A stretch of DNA of 64,000 nt from Thermoanaerobaculia bacterium (lineage in GTDB: Bacteria > Acidobacteriota > Thermoanaerobaculia > Multivoradales > Multivoraceae), in assembly GCA_963666565.1 (NCBI GenBank), contig OY762911.1, positions 3,136,001 through 3,200,000 on the forward strand. Direction: 5' to 3'. A model generated the notes under the pieces. It made no database searches, had not been told where the DNA came from, and saw only the letters and a list, made by a program, of their open reading frames with translations. Position numbers and translations under genes: made by a program. The first letter of the stretch is position 1, and the number at the start of each line of letters is the position of its first letter. Of the stretch, positions 9,918 through 18,757 are shown piece by piece.

Positions 9918-12900
9918 ATGCGGGTCGTTTCCTTCGCCACCCGGCGGCCGGTGACCGTGTTCATCTTCGCCCTGGCGGCGGTGGTGTTCGGCGGCGTCGC
10001 GTTCCGCGACCTGGCGGTCGACCTGTTGCCGGACATCACGTACCCCTCGCTGACGGTTCAGACGCAGTACGAGGGCGCCGCGCCGGTCGAGATGGAGACC
10101 CTGATCACGCGGCCGGTGGAGGACGCGGTGGGCGTGGTCAACGGCGTCAACCGCGTCGTCTCCAGCTCCCGGGCGGACATCAGCGAGGTCACCCTGGAGT
10201 TCTCCTGGGGCACGAACATGGACTTCGCGTCGCTCGACGTGCGCGAGCGGCTCGACCAGGTGCGCTTGCCGGTGGCGGCCGATCGGCCGGTGCTGTTGCG
10301 CTACGACCCCTCCCTCGATCCGATCCTGCGGATGGGTCTCGCCGGCGGCGGCAGCGACCTGATCGCCCTGCGCCTGCTCGCCGAGGAGGACCTCAAGCGG
10401 AAGCTGGAGCGGCTCGAAGGGGTGGCCGCGGTCGTCGTCAGCGGCGGCCTGGAGGAGGAGATCCAGGTCGAGATCGACGAGCGGCGGCTGACCAGCCTCG
10501 GCCTGACGATGAACCAGGTGATGAACCGCCTGGCGCAGGAGAACGTGAACCTGACCGGCGGCCGGCTGCGCGACGGCCAGACGGACTACCTGGTGCGGAC
10601 GATCAACGAGCTGCTGCGCCCGGAAGAGATACGGGAGATCGTGATCGACCGCACCCAGGGCGCGATCGTTCGGCTGGAGGACATCGCCCGCGTCTACCAG
10701 GGCGCCAGGGAACGCGAGGTGATCACCCGCATCGACGGCAAGGAGGCCGTGGAGATCGCGGTCTACAAGGAGGGCGGCACGAACACGGTGACCGTCGCTT
10801 CCGCCGTGCTCGAGCGGGTGGAGGAACTGGAGGAGGAGATCGGGCAGATCGACCCCCAACTCGAACTGACCGTGCTCGCCGACCAGTCGCGCTACATCCG
10901 GGATTCCGTGTCGGCCGTGATCCAGACCGCCCTGATCGGCGGTTCGCTGGCGATCGTCGTCCTCTTCCTGTTCCTGCGGAGCGCGCCGAAGACGCTGATC
11001 ATCGGGGTCTCGATCCCGGTGTCGGTCGTCGCGACCTTCTTCCTGATGTATGTCGCCGGCGTGTCGCTCAACATCATGTCGCTCGGCGGCATCACGCTCG
11101 GCATCGGGCTCCTGCTGGACAACTCGATCGTCGTGCTGGAGGCCATCCAGCGCCGCCGCGACCAGGGGCTGAGCGTCGTCGAGGCGGCCCGGGCCGGCGC
11201 CTCCGAGGTCGGCCGGGCGGTGATCGCCAGCACGATCACGACCGTTTGCGTGTTCGTGCCGATCATGTTCGTCGAGGGCGTCGCCGGCCAGATGTTCGGC
11301 GACCAGGCGCTGACCGTGACGTTCTCCCTGCTGGTGTCCCTGGGAGTGGCGCTGACCGTTATCCCGATGCTCGCGTCCCGGAAGTTCTTCGCCAGCGACG
11401 CGGAGGTCGAGGAGGTCCGGAGCGCCGGGCGCTCCAACCCCCTGACTCGGGGCCTCGCGACGGTCTTCGACACGATCGGCGTCGGGATCGCCCTGGCCTT
11501 CAAGTACGCGTTCCGCGGCGTCTCCGCCGTGATGTCCGTGCTGCTGCGGCCGGTGCTGGCGGCCTTCGACGCGTTGCTTCGCGGCATCACCGCCGTGTAC
11601 GCACGCGTCCTGCGCGGCGCGCTTCGCCATCCCGCGCTGGTCGTGCTGACGGCGGTGGTGCTCCTGGCGGGCAGCGTCCAGCTCGTCGGCTCGCTCGGCA
11701 GCGAACTGGTGCCGGAGCTGATCCAGGGCGAATTCTACGTGGACGCCGAACTGGCGCCCGGCAGCCGCCTGGAGGTGACGGACCGGCGTCTGAGCCAGAT
11801 CGACCAGCGGGTGCGGGAGTTTCCCGACGAGTTCGGCGTGCAGTCGGTCTATACGGTGGTCGGCACCTCGAACGAACAGGGAGGCGCCGCCGGCGAGAGG
11901 CGCGAGAACATCGGCCAGGTCAACGTGCGGCTGGCCCCGCCGATCGACGCGGAGCGCGAGGAACTGGTGATCGGCCGGATCCGGGAACTGATCGACGCGG
12001 AGAACGCGTCCTTCGGGGGTCGGGCGCCAGCGGCCGCGGTCCCGGCCGGCGCCGGAGCCGGGCCCGGGCCGGCGGTCGCGGACGACGCGCTGAAGTACCG
12101 GTTCGGCCGTCCGACCTACTTCAGCTTCCGGAGCCCGGTCGAGGTGCAGATCCGCGGCCACAACCTGGCGCTGCTGGAGAGGCTGGCCGACCAGGTGGCG
12201 TCGCGGATGCGCGAGGTCGAGGGCCTGGTCGACGTGAAGTCCTCGACGGAGGGCGGCAACCCGGAGCTGCAGATCGTCTTCGACCGGGAGCGGCTCTCGA
12301 CGCTGAACTACACGGTCGCCCAGCTTGGCGCCGTCATCCGGTCCAAGGTGCAGGGCGACATCGCGACGGACATCGTGCGCGAGGACCGCAACATCGAGGT
12401 GAGGCTGCGGACCGACGAGGGCTACCGCGATTCCGTCCGCGACCTGCGAAACCTGAACATCCGCCAGAGCGGCGCTACGCCGCTGCCGCTGTCGGCGGTG
12501 GCGGAGGTGATCGAGACGGAGGGGCCGGCCGAGATCCGGCGCAGCGACGGCGGCCGGGTGGCGCAGATCGAGGCGAACATCGTCGGCCGCGACCTGGGCA
12601 GCGTCTCGGACGACATCCAGGCGATCCTGGACACGACGCGGTTCCCGGTGGGCTTCGACTACTCGGTCGGCGGCCAGCGGCAGGAGATGGAGCGGTCGTT
12701 CGACAGCATGAGGCTGGCGATCCTGCTGGCCGTGTTCATGGTCTACCTGGTGATGGCGTCGCAGTTCGAGTCGTTGCTGCACCCGTTCGTCATCCTGTTC
12801 GCCGTGCCGTTCTCGATCGTCGGCGCGATCGGCATCCTCTACCTGACGAGCACGCCGGTGAGCATCGTCGTCCTGATCGGCGGCATTCTCCTGGCCGGGA

Positions 12901-13223
12901 TCGTGGTGAACAACGCGATCATCCTGATCGACTACACGAACCGCCTGCGGCGCGCCGGCAAGGCCAAGATCGACGCCGTGCGCGAGGCTTGCCTCGTACG
13001 CCTGCGGCCCATCCTGATGACGACCTCGACCACCGTCCTGGGCCTGCTGCCGATGGCCCTGGGCCTGGGCGAGGGCGCCGAGCTGCGGACCCCCATGGCG
13101 CTGACCGTGGTCGGCGGCCTGCTGACGTCGACGCTGCTGACGCTGATCGTGATCCCGGCGCTCTACCTGCTGCTGGACCGGCACAAGCACGAGGCGGACC
13201 CGGAGGCCGTCGCCGCGGCGTAG
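9918..13223 (+). CDS. RND efflux transporter permease subunit (second)
   Basis: GIGLLLDNSIVVLEAI, MASQFESLLHPFVIL, RLRPILMTTSTT, GEGAELRTPMA. Confidence 0.94.
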   Translation: MRVVSFATRRPVTVFIFALAAVVFGGVAFRDLAVDLLPDITYPSLTVQTQYEGAAPVEMETLITRPVEDAVGVVNGVNRVVSSSRADISEVTLEFSWGTNMDFASLDVRERLDQVRLPVAADRPVLLRYDPSLDPILRMGLAGGGSDLIALRLLAEEDLKRKLERLEGVAAVVVSGGLEEEIQVEIDERRLTSLGLTMNQVMNRLAQENVNLTGGRLRDGQTDYLVRTINELLRPEEIREIVIDRTQGAIVRLEDIARVYQGAREREVITRIDGKEAVEIAVYKEGGTNTVTVASAVLERVEELEEEIGQIDPQLELTVLADQSRYIRDSVSAVIQTALIGGSLAIVVLFLFLRSAPKTLIIGVSIPVSVVATFFLMYVAGVSLNIMSLGGITLGIGLLLDNSIVVLEAIQRRRDQGLSVVEAARAGASEVGRAVIASTITTVCVFVPIMFVEGVAGQMFGDQALTVTFSLLVSLGVALTVIPMLASRKFFASDAEVEEVRSAGRSNPLTRGLATVFDTIGVGIALAFKYAFRGVSAVMSVLLRPVLAAFDALLRGITAVYARVLRGALRHPALVVLTAVVLLAGSVQLVGSLGSELVPELIQGEFYVDAELAPGSRLEVTDRRLSQIDQRVREFPDEFGVQSVYTVVGTSNEQGGAAGERRENIGQVNVRLAPPIDAEREELVIGRIRELIDAENASFGGRAPAAAVPAGAGAGPGPAVADDALKYRFGRPTYFSFRSPVEVQIRGHNLALLERLADQVASRMREVEGLVDVKSSTEGGNPELQIVFDRERLSTLNYTVAQLGAVIRSKVQGDIATDIVREDRNIEVRLRTDEGYRDSVRDLRNLNIRQSGATPLPLSAVAEVIETEGPAEIRRSDGGRVAQIEANIVGRDLGSVSDDIQAILDTTRFPVGFDYSVGGQRQEMERSFDSMRLAILLAVFMVYLVMASQFESLLHPFVILFAVPFSIVGAIGILYLTSTPVSIVVLIGGILLAGIVVNNAIILIDYTNRLRRAGKAKIDAVREACLVRLRPILMTTSTTVLGLLPMALGLGEGAELRTPMALTVVGGLLTSTLLTLIVIPALYLLLDRHKHEADPEAVAAA

Positions 13224-13235
13224 GCGCCGGTGGCC

Positions 13236-13409
13236 GTCCGCGCCGGCGTCCGGGGAGGTTCCCAGGGGCACGCTCGCGCTCCCCCGGCAGGAGGAACGCT
13301 GGCGCTCGCTGTTGTCGGCTGCACTCCACGTCGGGGTCGGCGGACGGGATGGCGCGGGCAGTCGTTTGCCTCCGACGCCCTGGGACCCTCCCCGGACGCC
13401 GCCGCGGAC
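13236..13409. repeat. 174-bp element bounded by 32-bp imperfect inverted repeats (MITE/REPIN-like)
   Basis: 13236-13267 gtccgcgccggcgtccggggaggttcccaggg matches the reverse complement of 13378-13409 at 30/32 positions. Confidence 0.75.
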
Positions 13410-13501
13410 TGAGCGTCGCCGGTTTGGCGGGGCTGGATGTTGGCGGTGGGCGGGGCTGGACGCGCGTTTGCGGGGGGCGGATCTGGAGGCGGCGGGATCT
13501 G

Positions 13502-13575
13502 CTGGGTGCGCGGGTCTTCCGACCCGCATGCCGCCGAGGGCGGCCTAAGAAAACGCGCCGGCCGAAGGCCGGCTC
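13502..13575 (+). repeat. REP-like palindrome with downstream accessory hairpins
   Basis: ctgggtgcgcgggtcttccgacccgc (13502-13527), followed by gccgccgagggcggc and gccggccgaaggccggc; similar tails occur at ~455-496 (minus) and 50115-50155. Confidence 0.85.
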
Positions 13576-13621
13576 CGTACTGCCGGGAAGCCCCACCAAC
13601 CCGGGTGCGGAGCTTTCCCCG

Positions 13622-15955
13622 CTACGGAAACGCCTCCTCAAGCTCCGGGACGGTCCACGGGTCCGCGCGGTCAGCCGTGCGTTGGCGGACGCCTGCGACG
13701 AGTTCGGGTGACACCGGTTCGGCCGTGTTGCCCCAACTCCGGCGGATGTACGTGAGCACCGCCGCGACGGCGGCGTCGGGGAGACGCGGATCGACGGCGA
13801 AACCGGGCATCATGTCGTCCCAGGTCTCGCCGTGGACTTCGATCGGTCCTTCGATTCCCTGGAGTACGAGGGCGGCGAGGCGTTCGGGGGAGCCGAGGAC
13901 CCACGGCGAGTCAACGAGGCTGGGGCCGAGGCCCTCCTGTCCCCGGCCGTCGTCGTTGTGGCAGGAGCTGCAGGCCCGATAGTGCCGGCGGCCGTGGTTG
14001 AATTGGGCGGCTTCGGCGGCGGTCAGGGCCGGGGCTGAGGCAGGCGCTTCCGGTGGCTCGGCGGCGTCGCCGGAAACCGAGGCGGGGGTCGCGGCGAGGG
14101 CGACTTGGCCCAGGAACGGATCGTCGGGGCGGGCGGCGACGCGTTCGGCGAGCATGATCCGCGCCCAGGGCGCCTCCGCCGCCACGGCGCCGAGGGTCAG
14201 CAACGCCTGGGCGCGGACCTGGGCCGAGGACGACTGGAGCAGGTCGCCGAGCAGGGCGGCGCCGTCCTGGCCGGCGCCGGCGAGGTACGTCTCGCCGGCG
14301 CGCAGGCCGTGGACGACGAGCCAGGAATCCCGGGCCTGGAGCGCGTCCCGCACGGTCGCGTCGTCCAGTTGGCCGCGGCCGTGGAGCGTCCACAGGGCGT
14401 GAATCCGCGACAGCGGGTCCTCGCCGGAGCGGGCGAGCTCCCGCAGGGCGCCGCTGGCCGTCTCGCCGAGTTCATTCTCGACCAGCAGCCGTTGCGCCGT
14501 GTCCCGGTGCCAGCCGTTCGGGTGGGCAAGGGCGGCGATGCGGGCGGCGTCGGTCGCCAAGCGCGGCGCGTCCCGGCGGACGGGCGCCGGGCTGTCGGGA
14601 TCCCCTTCCCAGACGATTCGGTAGATGCGGCCCATGCCGAGCGGCCGATCCAGCCCGTGCTCGAGGATGTACTCGCGCAGGTACGTCGTCACGAACCGCA
14701 CGTGCTGGAGGATGCCCCTGTACATGTCGATCACGTAGAGGGCGCCGTCCGGCCCGGCCTTCGCGTCGACCGGGCGGAAGCGCTCGTCGGTCGAGGCCAG
14801 GAACTCGCGCTCGGTCCAGTCCGGATCGCCGTAGCGCCGGTGCTCGGCGACGAGAGTCGGGATGCCGTCTTCCACCGGGCCCGGCGCGAGGTCGAAGTGG
14901 GCCACCATGTTGCCCGCCGGCTCCGGCACGAAGACGTCTCCGCGGAAGGTGGCGGGGAACTGGTCGCCACGGTACACGGCGAGGCTACTGACGGACGTCG
15001 TCACGGCGAGCCGGCCGTCCGCGCGCAGCATGCCCTTCACGTAACCGCGGTTGATGCCGGGATTGACGCGAATGGAATGGACCGTTTCGTCCCGCACGAG
15101 CCGCTCGCTGGCGCCGATGCCGCCTCCCCGCGGCTGGTGTTCCGGGTTGGCGAGGGCGTACTCGGCCGGGATCAGGTCGGCGAAGAGGTAGCGGGAGTTC
15201 GTGTTGTAGTAGAGGCGGCCGACGTCGTCCTGGGCGATGCCCCACTGGCCGCGAAACAGCGTCGGGGCGACCTCGATCGACGCACCCTCGGAACCCCGCC
15301 GCAGCCGGAAACGCCGGTCGGACTTCGCATTGTAGATCCAGTTGTCGAGCGCCCAGAGCAGCCCGTTCTCCGTGTGCTCGAGCAGGTCGGGATCGGGATC
15401 GCCGTAGTCGAGCAGCCGCTCCCGGCTGCCGCAGCGGGGCAGTTCGGCGGCCGGCGCCTCGCTCCGGCATAGCCACAGGTTCGGCGGCTCGCCGATCAGG
15501 ATGCCGCCGGAGACCGCCGCGATCGCGCGCGGGCTCACCAAGCCGTCCAGGTAGACGGCGCTCCGGTCCATCGCGCCGTCCGCGTCCGTGTCCTCGAGCA
15601 CGACGACCCGGCCGACCGGCGCCTCCTCGCCGACGCCGTCCACGTCCGGCATGAAGCCGCGCATCTCGACGACGTAGAGGAGTCCCCGCTCGTCCCAGGC
15701 CATCGCCACCGGGTCTTCGACCAGGGGTTCGGCGGCGACCAGTTCCACGCGAAAGCCGGGCGCCACGCGCAGCGTGGCCATCGCCTCCGCGGGCCCGAGC
15801 GGAGACGCTTCCGGCACCTCGAACCCGCGCCACACCTGTTCCATCACGTGACCCTCGCGGTCGCCACGCTGTGCCGCCAAGGGCGTTTCGGTGGCGGGCA
15901 CCAAGCTGGCAAAGGCGATTCCGGCAACGGCCCTGGTGACGAAGTTGCGGGACAT
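13622..15955 (-). CDS. PVC-type membrane-bound dehydrogenase-like protein (beta-propeller + HEAT-like + cytochrome c)
   Basis: GFRVELVAAEPLVEDPVAMAWD, LEDTDADG, FLASTDERFRPVD..GPDGALYVIDMYRGI, heme motif CSSCH, MMPGF. Confidence 0.85.
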   Translation of the reverse strand: MSRNFVTRAVAGIAFASLVPATETPLAAQRGDREGHVMEQVWRGFEVPEASPLGPAEAMATLRVAPGFRVELVAAEPLVEDPVAMAWDERGLLYVVEMRGFMPDVDGVGEEAPVGRVVVLEDTDADGAMDRSAVYLDGLVSPRAIAAVSGGILIGEPPNLWLCRSEAPAAELPRCGSRERLLDYGDPDPDLLEHTENGLLWALDNWIYNAKSDRRFRLRRGSEGASIEVAPTLFRGQWGIAQDDVGRLYYNTNSRYLFADLIPAEYALANPEHQPRGGGIGASERLVRDETVHSIRVNPGINRGYVKGMLRADGRLAVTTSVSSLAVYRGDQFPATFRGDVFVPEPAGNMVAHFDLAPGPVEDGIPTLVAEHRRYGDPDWTEREFLASTDERFRPVDAKAGPDGALYVIDMYRGILQHVRFVTTYLREYILEHGLDRPLGMGRIYRIVWEGDPDSPAPVRRDAPRLATDAARIAALAHPNGWHRDTAQRLLVENELGETASGALRELARSGEDPLSRIHALWTLHGRGQLDDATVRDALQARDSWLVVHGLRAGETYLAGAGQDGAALLGDLLQSSSAQVRAQALLTLGAVAAEAPWARIMLAERVAARPDDPFLGQVALAATPASVSGDAAEPPEAPASAPALTAAEAAQFNHGRRHYRACSSCHNDDGRGQEGLGPSLVDSPWVLGSPERLAALVLQGIEGPIEVHGETWDDMMPGFAVDPRLPDAAVAAVLTYIRRSWGNTAEPVSPELVAGVRQRTADRADPWTVPELEEAFP

Positions 15956-16982
15956 TCGTCGGGCGACAGTACTTCAAGGGGCCCGATCCCGGCGCTACGA
16001 GGTACCGGGAGGTATAGGATCGCCACTACACAGATACGACTTCACCATACAGGATCGGCGCCGATCCGAAACGCTGACCTCCGATGATTCCTCTGGCTTC
16101 GCTGCTCGCTGGACTTCGACGCGCGGCGGTGCCTTGCGGCTTGGCGGCGGCCCTGCTCGCCCCGGCGGCTCAGGCGCAACGGCTGCTGACGCTCGTCCCG
16201 GGCGTTGCGGAGGCGACCTCGGCGGACGCTCCCGGCCCGTCGATCGGGCCGGTTCCGACGGCCGTGCAGGTGGACTTGGACTTGCTGCGCAGCGCGCCGC
16301 CCTGGCTGGAAGTGCCGACGCCCGACGGCAGCGTCCTCTCGGCGGAGCGGAGCGTGTTCGAGGACCGCGGCGGCGGCGACCTGATGTGGTCCGGCGGCCA
16401 CCCCGACGCGGGGTACGACGCGGTAGTGCTGACGGTGGAGGGCGGCCGCCTGGTGGGCCGGTTCGGCGCCGCGGGCGGCGGGGCGTACCAGATCCACGCG
16501 GCGGCCGACGGCCGGGGCGGCATGGCCCCGGTCGGCGGCCCGCGGCCGGAGGGAGTGCCGTTCTGCGGGGTGGAAACGGTCCCGGACGACACCCGCAGCG
16601 CCGCGGTCCATACTGGGGCGGGGTCCCGCGCAGCCGATCTTTCCGTGCCCGTGAGCAATCCGCAGAGCCATGATCGGCTGGACATCCTGGTGGGCTACAC
16701 GGCGACCGCCGCCCAGAACTGGGCGGGCATCGGCGGGCCCGAAGCGGCGATCCGCCACGCGGGCGACTACCTGAAGATGGTGTTTCGGAACAACGAACTG
16801 CCGGTTGAGCCGCACATCGTCCATGCCTTTCGGGCGTCCTCCGTTCTGGATCGGGCCAGGAGAGACCAGCGTTTCCCGAGGCAGGCGCTGTTGACTGAGT
16901 TCCGCGACGATGGAGACGTGTTGCGCCTGCGCCATGAACACCGGGCCGATCTGGTGCATCTTTTCACGGGCGAAGGCCTAAC

Positions 16983-17152
16983 GAGGCTTCGCCTCAGACC
17001 GACGAGCATGTTCGCGGCGGTGGTCGGCCTCGGCCTTGGCGTCGATCGGACTCCGGTCGCTGCTTCAGCTGCGGAGTGAATCCGCCGTATTGTCGCTCTG
17101 CGGCGAAGGTGGCCTTAAGCTGGCCGGTGAGAAGCCCATCGACCGGAGTCCG
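16983..17152 (+). promoter_or_regulatory. Structured 5' leader of the element (possible cis-regulatory RNA or ssDNA origin)
   Basis: Hairpin GAGGC-TTC-GCCTC 16983-16995; perfect 13-bp inverted repeat 17047-17059/17140-17152 enclosing three small hairpins and covering the putative RBS. Confidence 0.6.
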
Positions 17153-17155
17153 CTG

Positions 17156-18757
17156 ATGAAGGTAGCACGCACGGCAGCCGAGGTTCTTGAGGAGCATGTG
17201 TCGTTGACGCTGGAGTGCGTCGATCGGATGTACCTCAACGTCTACGTACCGGTGCTTCAGCGTGGCGCGGGCGCGGCCTGGTTCTTCCGGGAGGTGCGGG
17301 GCGCGCAGGTGCCGTCGTCGGTGCTGATGGCGCCGATGACGAGGCGGTTCGTGGCCGCGATCAAGGGCTACGCGCGGCAGCATCGGATCGACATCGTCCC
17401 GTTTCGGCGCGGCGAGCGCAAGGACGACCGCACCCGCGAGTACCTTCGCCGGTGGCATGGAGGCGAGGGGGTGCTGTACGTCGGCAAGGCGCAGGAGAAG
17501 GCTCGGGTGCTGCGTACCGAGCGTCGTTACGACTCGGCGACCGACGCGGGCTATCCGTGGCTGGTGCACTCGACGGCGATGGTCAACCAGTACTACTTCT
17601 ACGTGTTCGACGACGACTTCGGTCCGTTCTTCCTGAAGTTCTGCTCGTACTTCCCCTACAACGCCAAGCTGTGCATCAACGGACACGAGTACCTCAAGCG
17701 CCAGTTGAGCAAGCGGGGGATCGAGTACGAGGCGCTGGACAACGGCATCCTGCGCTGCTCGGACCCGGAGGCGATGCAGCGGCTCGCCGACGGCCTCGAC
17801 GCGGACAAGATCGACGCGCTGCTGCGCAAGTGGCTGGCTCGCCTGCCGCATCCGTTCTCCGCCGGCGACCGGCGGCGGGGCATCCGCTACGCCGTCTCGA
17901 TCCTCCAGGCCGAATTCGCCCTGACCCAGGTCTTCGACCGCCCGGTGCAGGGTCGGGTCTTCTTCGAGGAGGTGCTGCGCGAGCACCTCGACATGGGACG
18001 GCCCGAGCACGTGCAGTTGATCTTCAAGCGCCGCGTCACGCGACGCACCCCCTCGCGGTATCGCACCCGCGTCATTACCGACGGGGTCTCCCCGTCGCTG
18101 CACGTCGACTACAAGCACTCGCGCATCAAGCAGTACCACAAGGAAGGGCGCGCCCTGCGCACCGAGACGGTGATCAACGACACCTACGACTTCGATGTCG
18201 GTCGTTTGCTGAGAAACCTCGATGACCTCAAGAAGGTCGGCTTCGCCGCCAACCGACGCCTGCTCGGCGTCCAAACTCTCAGCCACGACTGTCTGCTCGG
18301 AGCCGAAACGCTCGACGATCTGCACCGTCCGCGGTGCATCTCGGGTCAGCGCGCTTCGGCGCTTCGCTTCGGAGACCGCAGGGTGCAGAGTCTCTTCGCC
18401 GCCCTGCTGCGCTTCAGCCTCCTGCCCAACGGCTTCCGCAACCGCGACCTGCGGCCCGCGGTCGCCAGTCTGTGCGGACTCACGCCGGACCGCTACGGAC
18501 CCTCCCGCATGACCTACGACCTGCGCCGACTGCGACTGCGGGGAATCGTCGAACGGGTTCCGCGCACCCACCGCTACCGGATCACCGACTGGGGACTGCG
18601 CGTAGCGTTCGCCTACCACCGGACCCACGCCCGAGTGCTCGGCCCCGTCATGTCCGCCACCCTCGACCCGGAAGCCAACGCCCGGCTACGAAGAACCGTC
18701 GCCAGCTACGACCGCGAGGTCCAAAGAGCTTGGCGAGGACAGCGACTCGCAGCCTGA
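17156..18757 (+). CDS. Putative transposase of the element (Rep_trans/MOBT-like nicking domain + C-terminal winged helix), 533 aa
   Basis: Only long coherent ORF in the insert; GGAG 7 nt upstream of ATG 17156; motifs CVDRMYLN, VSILQAEFALTQ, RIKQYHKEGRALRTETVIN; wHTH-like GFRNRDLR...MTYDLRRLRLRGIVERVPRTHRYRIT; no DDE, HUH, Ser- or Tyr-recombinase signature recognised. Confidence 0.75.
   Translation: MKVARTAAEVLEEHVSLTLECVDRMYLNVYVPVLQRGAGAAWFFREVRGAQVPSSVLMAPMTRRFVAAIKGYARQHRIDIVPFRRGERKDDRTREYLRRWHGGEGVLYVGKAQEKARVLRTERRYDSATDAGYPWLVHSTAMVNQYYFYVFDDDFGPFFLKFCSYFPYNAKLCINGHEYLKRQLSKRGIEYEALDNGILRCSDPEAMQRLADGLDADKIDALLRKWLARLPHPFSAGDRRRGIRYAVSILQAEFALTQVFDRPVQGRVFFEEVLREHLDMGRPEHVQLIFKRRVTRRTPSRYRTRVITDGVSPSLHVDYKHSRIKQYHKEGRALRTETVINDTYDFDVGRLLRNLDDLKKVGFAANRRLLGVQTLSHDCLLGAETLDDLHRPRCISGQRASALRFGDRRVQSLFAALLRFSLLPNGFRNRDLRPAVASLCGLTPDRYGPSRMTYDLRRLRLRGIVERVPRTHRYRITDWGLRVAFAYHRTHARVLGPVMSATLDPEANARLRRTVASYDREVQRAWRGQRLAA

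Noticed and set aside
17036-17155. N-terminal 40-aa extension of the transposase from the TTG start
   Set aside because: The region is occupied by stem-loops, and an SD-like GGAG precedes ATG 17156
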